Made by a program: the position numbers and the translations under genes. The notes beneath the pieces are model-generated. The model had not been told where the DNA came from, did not search any database, and worked only from the letters and a program-made list of their open reading frames with translations. A DNA stretch of 64,000 nt from Geosiphon pyriformis uo1 (Eukaryota; Fungi; Glomeromycota), in the NCBI GenBank assembly GCA_016748015.1, contig JAAOMT010000741.1:786120-850119 (forward strand), in the 5' to 3' direction. This document shows positions 53,042 through 64,000 of this stretch, piece after piece. Position 1 is the stretch's first letter; each line of letters starts with the position of its first letter.

Positions 53042-53058
53042 TGGTGCTCCCTGTGAGA
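53042..53058 (+). other. Primer binding site
   Basis: TGGTGCTCCCTGTGAGA lies 2 nt after the LTR and is complementary to a tRNA 3'-CCA end (Ile-UAU- or elongator Met-like, not resolved). Confidence 0.8.
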
Positions 53059-53102
53059 TATAATTCTACAGAGAACCTGCACCAACAACAACCATCCAAA
53101 CA

Positions 53103-54852
53103 GTGACAGAATCTGAAAAAATAGGAACAAACCATTTGGGATTTGCAAAATCCTTATTCCAATATTATTACACCCATCTCAGATTAACAAATAATAGTTG
53201 GCCAACAGAATCAGCTTTCAATTGCTATGTCAATGAGAAAATTATATATCATTTAAGAGACCAAAGAGATCCAAAATCCACTTTCAACAATTTTTTTAGT
53301 AAACTACTCTAAAGCACTACCCTTCTGCAAAATTATTTATTCACATCATTAATCACAGAAATAAACAGGAAAATTGAAAAATACACCAAACAAAAATTTC
53401 TTATCATGTTTGCTGATAAAAAAAAAAGAAGGCTACAAACACCAGCAGGAATCCCAAAGCAAATTTAACTACCCACTTGGAAGAAACAAAAATTTGATTC
53501 ACTGACCAATCTATTGTATCATCACACACCTAGAAGTACTATCAATATAACATTAACAAACACATCTACCACAAATGTGATAACACTATTAAACAAGATT
53601 CCATTCTAAAGTAAACAAAAAAAAACAGAATTACTAGAAACATATGGTGATTATTTTGAAGAATTTAAATTATGATTCCTAACACCATCAGAAATTTAAT
53701 CACTACCACCACAACCAGATTTTGGAGTCATTAGTCCTTGGAAAATAACTGACTCTGAAGAAAAAAAAGGTAGCAATTGGGAAAATAATAACCAAAACAC
53801 AATTCTAAAAAAACCAGAAATTGGAACTCTGGTTAATCAAACCTTAAAAAACCAGAATAATCAAAACTCCAACATTAATAATCAACAATACTTACCTCCA
53901 GTAATCATGATCAATCCACCACCAGCTTCACCAATCAACAAACAGCAACAACAACAGCAACAATCACAACCACCACAACCACGACAACCACCACAACAGC
54001 AATAACTACAACAACAACCACAACTGCAATCACAACTATCATTAATACAAATAGCATATGCACCCATTGCCAAAATTAAAAAATTTTCTAGTGAAGAGAA
54101 TGACACTTAAATGTGGATTAATGACATCACCAAAGCCATTACCACTAATAACTGGAATAATACCAGAGCCCTTCAAGTAATCCCCTATTTTCTTTAAGAT
54201 GCTGTTGACTTGTGGTATCATAGTCTAGCTCAGAAACCTCAGACATTTGATGCATTTAAATTAGAATTTTTAAGATATTTTAATAACAGCAACAGCATCA
54301 ACTATCTAGCCAATACTTTTACCACAATTAAACAAGGAGACACTGAAGCAGTTACTACTTATTTGGAATGTTTCTATCGAAATCTGTGCCAAATACAAGC
54401 CATTAACACCAATTATTTTACTGCAGCCCAGATTCTAAATCAGTTTATTCATGGATTGCACAGTAGCATCCTGCAACACATATGTCCAATATATTCACAA
54501 ACTCTCCAAAACATAGTTACCAATGCACAAGATTTTGAATCTGCTAAACTCAAAGCTAACCATGCTCAAGCTGTCAATTTAGTGATGAATAGATTATCTG
54601 AATTGGATTCTAAGCTAAAACAATTCAGTAATTCTATTGACAAAATTGGAGGGATACTTAGCTAACAATCAGGCAATTTATCAACCTCCACAACAATGCA
54701 ACAATCAAGGAACTGTGAATCGTTTTCAGAATCAGTCACATTTATTATCCTTCACCAATCAACAGTGGCAACAGGAAACATGTGTTTGCCACTACTGTGG
54801 TAAACAAAGATATTTGAAAATCAACTGCAGATTAAGAATAGATAACCAATAA
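53103..54852 (+). pseudogene. gag with Q/P-rich linker, capsid-like domain and zinc knuckle
   Basis: AYAPIAKIKKFSSEEND, WYHSL..FDAFKLEFLRYF, IKQGDTEAVTTY..F, LNQFIHGL, CHYCGKQRYLKINC. Confidence 0.88.
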
Positions 54853-55419
54853 TCAGGAAATCAATGACAAAACCCCAATTGCCAATTTCAAACTCCAAGT
54901 TATCAATCAAACTCAGAACTATATCAACCAAATTACATATCTATAACACAGCAACAAATTTATCACCCACCAATTTATCAGCCAACAACACCCATTATTT
55001 ATTAACTGCAGTCCCAACCCATTTATCAGTTGTAGCCTCAGGTAATTTATCAATCCTAACAAATTCAAACACTATCTTAGAACTTATCTCAAAACAAAAT
55101 CCAAAGGCCAAGACTGACACAACAAAGCTGAAGATTGTTAATAGTAGTTTATTAACTGATTCCTAGTTCTTTCATGCAACCATCAGGATCTCGACAATAG
55201 AATTCAGACACCAGATACACCCAAAACCTGAATTTCCAGAACTATTTAAGTTTCTTGGTCACCCCAAAAGATGCCACATCTAACAAATTCAAAGCCAACC
55301 AAAAGCCACTTACTAACAATATTCTACCAACAACCATTATGGAGAACAAATCACTTACTGTTATTTTTCTGTTTAAACTCAAAGAACCAGTTGAAATGTC
55401 ACTATTCAGTGGAACTGCT

Positions 55420-55760
55420 CTAGAATCAAAACCCATTATTGCGATGTATACAGATGCTAAAGTTGATGGGCAGCACATAAAACTGATCCTAAAGAGTAGA
55501 TCAGCTGGTAGTATCATTACAAAACAACTCATGGACCAATTAGATTACCAAGTTGATTGCACTGTAAGTGCCAGAATCATAACAGCTGATGGAGTAATCA
55601 AAATTCTGATCAGCAAGATAGACAACTTACCTATTGAAATCAACAACATTATTGTACTCATCAAAGTTCTTGTGATGGAAGCAACCTAGTACCAAGCACT
55701 TGTTGGTAATAACTGGCTGTCCAAAACCAATATAACACTTGATTAGACCACATAAGAACT
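55420..55760 (+). pseudogene. Retroviral-type aspartic protease (decayed)
   Basis: AKVDGQHIKLILKSRSAGSII (decayed LILDSGS), IITADG, ALVGNNWL. Confidence 0.85.
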
Positions 55761-57055
55761 ATACCTTAGCCAGAACAGTTGACACACACATGTACCAGCC
55801 ATGTATGGCCATTTCAAGACTATCACTCTGTCAGCACTACTGATCAAATTCGAGGAAGAAAAGAAAAAATCTACCTGAAAAACCTACCACATGTTCTGAG
55901 CCAATAAAAATCACAATAAGCTATCACCAATACTCTTTTAGGATGACAAAGAAAAAAAAAAGTGAAAAGAAAAATCTATCTGGAATACCAACCAAGTCTG
56001 GAAAACTGACAACAATTAGAACAAACTAACAACAACTTGGGAGTAGAAAAAAGATAACAATAAGGGAAAAGAGAAAGAAGAAGAAAATCTAACACCAACT
56101 ACTTATAGCCCATATGCTTACTCTTCATTACAGCCATCTAACTATTGCCAATCAAAATTGGTATGTGTAGATTGCGGCAAGAAATTGTTGTTAATGGGTG
56201 CATGCTGTGGTGATGATGAGGAATACTCTATAGCAACAAAGTTATATTGTTGGTCATGTGTTATAGAACAGTTTGAACATCCAAAAAGACAAAGAAAATA
56301 GGATAATAAAATCTTGTCTTGCATATAGAACTATTTTATCTGACAAAAGAATGTGGAATAATATTCCTAAACAAGAAAAAATGTGCAACGAAACATGCCA
56401 GTATACTATCCTGATAAATGACTAGATACACAAAAGAACTTCAATTGACAATGCCTAGAAAAGAACATTGTGACAATTGGAAAGATATCCTCATGACAAA
56501 CATAAAATCTGGAGAATAGCAAGTGCAAAAGCAAAAGATACCACTACCAGTGAGTTATTAGAAATTAAGAATAACTCACTTTTACTGTCTGAACCTGAAT
56601 ACATCCTCACCTTCAACATTTTTGGCAATATTGAAGATGATCCAGAAGAATTCCATGAACATTACCAGCAATTAGCACTCATTAAGAAAAAACAAGAGCA
56701 GCATTTAGAGCAGTTGAATACTCGATTATGTTAACACTGCTTAATTTTCTATGACTTCCAGTATTGTAATAAGTGTAATCTTATTTACAATTCACTACCA
56801 CACATAGTCTACATAATCCCAAAAGAAAACGAATCAATCAGCAGTTGTGCATCAGAATTAGAACCAACTTCCAATCCTGATTCAAACTCCAACAATGACA
56901 ATAACAACAAAAACAATGGTTCCAGCTCTGCTTAATATGACAACAAAAATAATAGCAATTCAAACTCTGATTCAAACTCCAAACAATACATTGCACTCCC
57001 TGATCTTAACAAGAAGCAAAAACTGAAATAGTTTAGTGATAATAATGAAGATATT

Positions 57056-57460
57056 ATGCCAGAATGTGCACATGATACTAATGCAGAGTTTGATCTAAGT
57101 TATCTGAGAAAAAATCCCATTAAATTGGAATCTCATTCACATATCTGTATTGATCTCAAAATAGCATTGAAAATTCCAGCAACAACAATGGTTCAGTTAG
57201 CATCTAAAAATAGCTTAGCCAAAAAAGAAATCAATATCAGAAAAAAAATAACTAATACAGAATATGTAGGAAATATCATTACTATATTACAAAATAACTC
57301 AAAAAAGACATATATTATAGATCCAAACAAAAAAATAGCACAAGCAATATTTCTGACTTTGGTTAAAATAGCTCAATTAGTATCAGTAAGAAACAGAGAA
57401 GAATTAGCAATAACAGCAAAAGAAATACAGGGATTTGAATCAACAGGTAGAATAGATGTA
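57056..57460 (+). pseudogene. Trimeric dUTPase domain within gypsy pol, upstream of RT
   Basis: All five motifs are recognisable but mutated: AHDTNAEFDL (AGxDL), LASKNSLAKK (RSS), ITNTEYVGNI (IDxxYxG), KIAQAIF, QGFESTG (GFGSTG). Confidence 0.88.
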
Positions 57461-57651
57461 CCAGTTAATATGACAAAGGAAAAGGTTAGTGACAAGAGAG
57501 AAATTATCTCCACCTGTTAATTAATTTTTATTCTACCATATGACCAGTATATGTTAGCCATAAAAAAAGAAGTAAAAGATCAAGCTCAGTTGTTTGAAGC
57601 AGAAGCCACCATCTGCAAATCAGGAAAGATTGGACTTACTAATCTTTACAT

Positions 57652-58547
57652 TGTTACTGGAGGTTTTTGGTCTCTTTTCTTAAATGTTGTTGATGCTTGT
57701 TTGCTGTTTTATTCACGACTAGAGGAAGTAGTTGAACCTTCGATAACTGAATTTATCTTCAAATTATCTCCTATAATTTGAACCGCTGGGCTTATAAGTG
57801 GAATGGCCAATTCTGTGCCAGTTACTTTATGTAGTTACGTTGTAGTAAATGTCAACTCTTTCCCAGGAATTGCTCGTCTGGAAGCTCACTAAAAATGTGT
57901 AGTTACTTTGCTGTGAAAGTCAACTCTTCTACAGGAATCTCGTCTGTAGGCTACCCAAATGATTATGATAANNNNNNNNNNNNNNNNNNNNNNNNNNNNN
58001 NNNNNNNNNNNNNNNNNNNNNNNNNNNNNNNNNNNNNNNNNNNNNNNNNNNNNNNNNNNNNNNNNNNNNNNNNNNNNNNNNNNNNNNNNNNNNNNNNNNN
58101 NNNNNNNNNNNNNNNNNNNNNNNNNNNNNNNNNNNNNNNNNNNNNNNNNNNNNNNNNNNNNNNNNNNNNNNNNNNNNNNNNNNNNNNNNNNNNNNNNNNN
58201 NNNNNNNNNNNNNNNNNNNNNNNNNNNNNNNNNNNNNNNNNNNNNNNNNNNNNNNNNNNNNNNNNNNNNNNNNNNNNACTACAAGTTATTTCGCTGAACT
58301 ATGAATTATTTCGGCCAATTTCCATTAATTTCGGCGAATTTTTGCTATGTTATATGGTTCAGGGTATTGTGTAAATTGATCATCTCAATTTCTATGGTCC
58401 AAATCGGGTTATTGATTAAATGATGATAATTGCTAATTTGATTAAATAATAAGTGAAATTCGAAACGATAATAATATATGCTAATTAATGATAGGAATTA
58501 TAAAGGAAATTTCATGCTAATTAATAGCTAAAATTCTACTGGTAACA
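57652..58547. mobile_element. Young LTR-type insertion (solo LTR or collapsed element) inside gypsy A pol, 4-bp TSD ACAT
   Basis: Starts TGTTAC (57652), ends GTAACA (58547), with acat at 57648-57651 and 58548-58551. Removing it restores LTNLYIPAKSPK. It retains CpGs. Confidence 0.85.
57972..58277. other. Assembly gap (306 N)
   Basis: Run of n. Confidence 1.
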
Positions 58548-58879
58548 ACATACCAGCCAAAAGCCCCAAAAACATCAAAATTCTCATTTACAACACAACC
58601 AGAACTGTTATCGAGATACCAAAAGGAACTATTATTAGATACTTAACCACTGAAGTTGAGAATCAACCACCAAACAACATTTTAGATTTTTCACAGCTTT
58701 GTAAATATGTGAATATCACATTACAAACCATTTATGGACAAAGTAAATATTATCTGCTCCAACCAGAACAATTGGAACAGATGAATATAGGGAATCTAAA
58801 TTCACTCCAACAAATGCAATTAAAAATGTTATTTAACAATTTCAGTAACATCTTTGCTAGTAAAAATAAATTTGGTCAC

Positions 58880-61460
58880 ACCAACATCATCCAACATCAG
58901 ATCAATACTGGAAAAGCAATGCTAATTAAACAAAGAGCATATTGAGTACCACCAGCCAGCCATGAGATCATCTGTTAAGAAATCAACTAAATGTTAAACA
59001 ATAGACTAATTCAGTCATCGATAAGTCTATGATTATTACCAATGGTACTAGTCTGAAAGAAAAATGAAAAAATCCACTTTTGTGTAGATTATAAAAAGCT
59101 TAATGGTGTTATTCATGGAAATAGTTATCCAATTTCACGAATTCAGGAGTTATTTGACACTTTTGGGAGAAAGAAATGGTTCTCAACACTGGATTTAGAT
59201 AGTGGTTACTGGCAAATAGCCATGAATTCAGCCAACAAAAAAAAAACAGCATTTATCACAAGAGAAAGAAATTTTGAGTTTGAAGTAATGCCATTTGGAT
59301 TGATGAATGCTCCAGCAACATTCCAATAGTTCATAAAAGTTGTATATACTGGACTACTATAGAAATCAGTAGTTGTCTATTTAGACAACATCAATGTGCT
59401 TTCCAAAACATTTGATGATCATTTACATCATCTCCAACAAGTATTTGAAAGACTTAAACAAGCAGAATTGAAATTAAACACAAACAAATGTTTCTTTGGC
59501 AAAACGGAACTCAAGTTTTTGGGACATGTTGTGAGTAAAGATGGTATCAAAACAGATCCAAATAAGATAGAAATTGTTAAGAACTTTCCAGTATCAAATA
59601 ATCTCACAGAATTAAGAGCATTCTTGGGATTTGTTAAATACTACTGCCACTTTATCAAAAACTTTTCTAAAATAGCTCAACCACTATACCAACTCCAAAC
59701 AAAAAACACCAAATATAAATAGACTGAAACTCAACAAAAGACTTTTGATACATTAAGAAGAAAACTTATTCAAGCCCTAGTACTAATCTATTCAGACCAT
59801 AGCAAGCCATTCATAATTACAATCGATGGATCTGGTCAAACATTGGGAGCAGTACTATCACAGAGAGAACCAGATGGAAGAGAATATTCAGTAGCATACA
59901 TTAGTAGAAGCTTAAGTCTAGCAGAAAAAACTATGGAACATCAGCATTAAAACACTTAGCAATTTATTGGGCAGTCATCAAATAGAAAGAATATTTGAGT
60001 AAGAAGTTTGATGTATACACCAATTACAAGGGATTGATTTCAATTCAGAAACAAGAATTTGTAGACAATTGCCATACTAAATAGAAAATAGAACTTTTAC
60101 CATTCAATTATACAGTATATTACAAAAAAGGAAAAGAAAACAAAAATGCCAACAGTCTGTCACAAATAAGACAAATCTAAAAACATTTTAACACAAAAAT
60201 ATAACAAAAAATAAATATACAAAAATACCAACAATTCTAACATTATATAAATACTCAATTGTTCAAGGAAAAATTATTTTCAAAAGAACAAAACAACATA
60301 AAACAACAATCAAAATATTTTATTAATTACCAAAATATACTTTACCAAAAAAACAGAAAGAATTCAGATTAACCAACCAGAGTAATCACAAAACCAGAGA
60401 AAAAAACAATATTGTTCAATATACACTCAAATTCAACAGCAGGACATTTCTATAAAAAAGCAATCATAGAAAAAACCAGACAAAGATACTATTGGCCATC
60501 AATATATCCAGACATTATCTAATATGTTCAAAATTGTGATGCTTGTCAGAGAAAAAGAGGAACAAAACCCAGTGAACCACTAAGACCAATCAAAGTAGGA
60601 CAACCATTTGATCACATTGGAATTGATTTAGTCAGACCATTAACAATAACCAGCAGAAGCAACAGATACATTGCAATAGTCATAGACTATCTTACTAAAT
60701 AGCCAGAAGCAAAAGCCATTCAAAGAGCAGATGCAGAATCCATTAATGAATTTGTTCATCAAGATTTAATATGTCAACATAGATGTTCAAAAAAACTACT
60801 ATCAGATCAAAGAACTTACTTTGTAAATAGAACATTGGCAGAATTAAGTCAAAAATTTGGGATAAAAAGACCATTATCATTATCATACCATCCACAAACA
60901 AATGGGTTAGTTGAAAAATTTAACAGAATATTGTGTGAAGCTATTACTAATATCAGCCAAGAAAACCAGGACAAATGGAATTTGATTATACCATCAATAT
61001 TATTTGCTTATTGGACAATGAAGCAAAACACTACACAAGCAACACTATTTGAATTAGTATACAATAGAACAGCAACATTACCAGTTGAGATAGAAGTAAA
61101 GACATATCCAACAGAACCAATAACAAAAGAAAATTTTCAAAGAACATTATTAAGAAGAACATATGACTTAATGGAGACACTAGAAAACAAATAGCAAAAA
61201 GCAGCTGATAACATCCAAAAGTCACAGGAGAAACAAAAAGAAAGACACGATAACCAACTACTAGATAAACCAGTTAAATTCAAGATTGAAGACAAAGTAT
61301 TTCTATATTGTACTAAAGCAGAAAAACAATGGAGTGAAAAATTTGACTCCAAATGGAATGAGCCATTTTACATAAAAGAAAGTCTTGGAAATGGAGCTTA
61401 CAAATTAAGATGGGACAACAAAATCTTAGCCAAAGCAGCACATAGTAATTAACTGAAACC
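58880..61460 (+). pseudogene. Gypsy RT, RNase H and integrase (decayed)
   Basis: RT motifs as listed for element A. RNase H: PFIITIDGS..GAVLSQ, VAYISRSL. Integrase: H..AGHF..YYWP..CDAC, IGID, SDQ, YHPQTNGLVEKFNR. Confidence 0.93.
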
Positions 61461-61606
61461 ATACTATCATATAGTGTTACCATTTACTACAATTAGGAGT
61501 ACAGCAAATACTAGTCCGACCAGAAAAGATTTCATGAGATTTGGAGCCAATCATAATCATTGGACCAAATACATAAAATTGAACAATAAAAAAAATATAA
61601 AAAAAC

Positions 61607-62266
61607 ATGGTAAACGTGACAAAAGACTCCAGAAAAATGGAAATCACTAACAATATCCACTCATTAGCACAACAATTCTTCCAACTGATTCAACAACAGA
61701 ATATAGAAATTATCATCAATCAACAAACCATTCAATACCAAAATACCAGAAAGAGACCCAAATACAAAAATCAAAAGAAAACAAAAAACACTATTGACAA
61801 AATAATTTTGAAAATAAAATTAGCAATAAAAGAACCAATAAGTGTTACCACATATCAAGAGTTGACCAAAGAAACTTGGAAATAATAGATACATGAATTT
61901 TCAAGAAACTTTTGTTATTTCCACTTGAGACAACATTTAAACATTCAAAACTTATACATGGATAAAACAAAACAATTATTTGATACAACAATATTGCAAC
62001 AACTAGAACAATTTGTGAAAAAAAACAACATGACTACACAGGCAAGAGCCATCTATTGGCTATATACAGAATTTCAAGACAGATCAGAAATTTTACTTAA
62101 TCCAGAAATAGATTCTATTACAGTTAACCAAATGGGAAAAATAACCAACATCTAATTTGAAGAATTACAGAACAAAATAACTTAAGTAATTCTCAAAAAA
62201 AAAGTTCAAGAAATACTCAAAGATGGAGAATTAGAATTGAGGGATCTCAATGGAGCTCAATATTAA
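61607..62266 (+). pseudogene. Extra 219-codon ORF3 between integrase and PPT, unknown function
   Basis: Single frame from ATG 61607 to TAA 62264 with four in-frame stops and no frameshift. Protein-level homolog in element B (63815-64000, minus strand). Confidence 0.8.
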
Positions 62267-62278
62267 AGAAGAAAATAA

Positions 62279-62914
62279 TGTTACTCATAGGAAGTATATT
62301 AGCACATAAATTAGCCAATCAGAAGTAGCCATAGTAAATATGAAATTCCAGAATTCCTCTCAAGAAGAATTGTAAGATTCCAGGAATTTCAGGATTCTTG
62401 TACAAAGAATTGCCAGATTTCAGAATTGCAAAATTCCTCTCAAAAAGAATTATAGGATTCCAGGAATTCCAGGATTTTTAGTGTGAAGAATTAAAAAATT
62501 GAGAAATTTCAAGTATGTATATATAGCAATAATGTTAGAAGTAGAAAAGACAGATCTCTCAGTTTAGATTTGATCTAAGGAATCTTTCAAACTTATAAAT
62601 ATCAATAAATAATTATTTTCTATCTCAAATCCACTCTTCACTATCAACACTTCATGTTGATAGTAATTAATACTTAACCATACTAGAACAATAGCTTTTG
62701 ATTACAGCTATTGACAGGATACTAACCATTATTGCCTTGGCTTATTTTTTATTTTTTATTTCCTTTATTTTATTTTTCTTTTCTTTGTTGTTATTACTAA
62801 TTGATTAAAAGATTAAGCACTGAGATACAGATGTCATAGGGACTGGTAAAAAATCTGTGAAACAAGGGTAGAACATTCATAGACTTGAGAATAGCTTACC
62901 AGGAGAATTGCCAA
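62279..62914 (+). repeat. 3' LTR of element A, interrupted at 62914 by element B
   Basis: Colinear with 52191-~52833, then switches abruptly to reverse-complement LTR sequence. Confidence 0.9.
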
Positions 62915-64000
62915 TATTACAGATGATTATTTGGGGTCTTAAAGCAAATAACAAATCCATAACTTGATGCTTGATTGGTACTCTGTTGTAGATATCTAAA
63001 GGTTTTATTAATCTGAAGATTTGTTGTAAAGGCTTTTGTATAATAGACAAAGATTTAACAATTGTTTTCAGTAGCCTCCTGGAATCACAATTCTGTCAAA
63101 TTTTTTTCTCAGCATGGTGGCTGGTAATTTTTCTGGTAAGCTATCCTTAAATCTATGAGTATTCTACCCTTGTTTCAAGGGTCTTTTACCAGTCACTATG
63201 ATATCTGTATCTTAGCGCTTAATTCTTAATCAATTTAATAAAATCACAGAAATAACAAAAGAAATAAAATAAAATAAAAGAAGATAAAGAAATAACAAAA
63301 GCAATTACAAATTAGTATTCTGTCAATAGCCATAATTAAGAGCTATTGTTCCAGTGTAGTTAAGTATCAATTACTATCAACATGAAGTGTTGATAGTGGG
63401 AGTGGATTTGAGATAGAGAATAATTATTTATTGATATTTGTGGATGGAAAGGTTGCTTATATAAAATCTAAACTGAGAGGTTTGTCTTTTCTATTTCTAA
63501 TACTACCACTATATATACATAATTTGGGTTCTACGAGATTGCTCATATTCTCAAGTGATGTGCTATAATTTCTCAAGCAATGCTTATATTGTTGAGCAAT
63601 GTGCCATATTTTCTTAACATTGCTCTATATTGCTGAGCAATGTGCCATGATTTTTGACATTGCTCCATATTGCTAAGCAATATGTCATGATTTCTGATAT
63701 TGCTCCACATTGCTGAGCAATGTGCTCACTTGCTAACTACTACTCTCTTATTGGTCTACTATTTTTCTATATCTGTTTTCTTTTTATGAGTAACATTATT
63801 TCTTACTTTTTTTATATTGAGCTCTGTCAAAATCTTCATTTTGAATTAATTCTAATACTTCTTTTTCAAGTATTGTTTGTTTGACTCTGTTTCTCATGTT
63901 TTCTATTTGTGTATTGTTCATTTTTCCCCATTGGTTAATAGTTATGGTTTTCATGTCCAAGTGTAACAATATTTCTGAATAATTCTGAAATATGTTGTGT
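62915..64000 (-). mobile_element. Second gypsy element B, inverted: 3' LTR (63795-62915), PPT and end of ORF3; continues beyond the window
   Basis: gagtaaca at 63788-63795 is the LTR start on the minus strand. 62915-63520 is the reverse complement of the R/U5 part of LTR A. ORF3-like SEILLHLDMKTITINQWGK. Confidence 0.9.
63540..63735. repeat. ~38-39-nt tandem repeats in U3 of LTR B
   Basis: tgctcyatattgctgagcaatgtgccatgattt... occurs about 4-5 times. Confidence 0.85.

Larger units (their letters stand above)
52191..62914 (+). mobile_element. Ty3/gypsy LTR retrotransposon A (LTR-gag-PR-dUTPase-RT-RNaseH-IN-ORF3-LTR), decayed
   Basis: Both LTRs start tgttactcata (52191, 62279). PBS-like tggtgctccctgtgag at 53042, purine tract before 62279. 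Domain order RT-RH-IN; RT motifs CVDYKKLN, LDLDSGYWQI, MPFGL, YLDNI. Confidence 0.95.

Noticed and set aside
53882-54106. Cys-rich metallothionein-like ORF on the minus strand
   Set aside because: Antisense reading of the CAA/CCA-rich Q/P linker of gag.
57895-58374. ORFs spanning X runs
   Set aside because: Artefacts of the N gap.

Overview
Eukaryotic, very AT-rich fungal DNA with spliceosomal GT-AG introns, a Zn2Cys6 factor and a fungal C2H2 factor. Gene style and retroelement families suggest Glomeromycotina, possibly Geosiphon-like; this is inference only. 1-8.5 kb is a cluster of four small secreted-protein genes: a basic SRKP-repeat protein broken by a 5-nt deletion, a Gly/Asn-periodic peptide with a paralog at 35.8 kb, a 3-exon 10-Cys prepro-peptide mostly missed by the ORF track, and a DPBB/RlpA-like protein. 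Next come three Tc1/mariner relics, a 4-TM membrane gene with a homopolymer frameshift, an acidic disordered protein, a C2H2 TF, two pogo/Tigger elements (one with intact TIRs and TA TSD) and a Zn2Cys6 TF. From 48.4 kb there is a nested retroelement stack. An RNase H-bearing LINE is interrupted by a Ty3/gypsy element that carries a dUTPase and a conserved extra 3' ORF. That element is hit by a young TG..CA insertion (spanning a 306-N gap) and by a second, inverted gypsy in its 3' LTR. The retroelements show heavy C>T/G>A transition decay, including at non-CpG sites. Blocks at about 24-30.5 kb and 45-48.4 kb are almost fully eroded to A/T.
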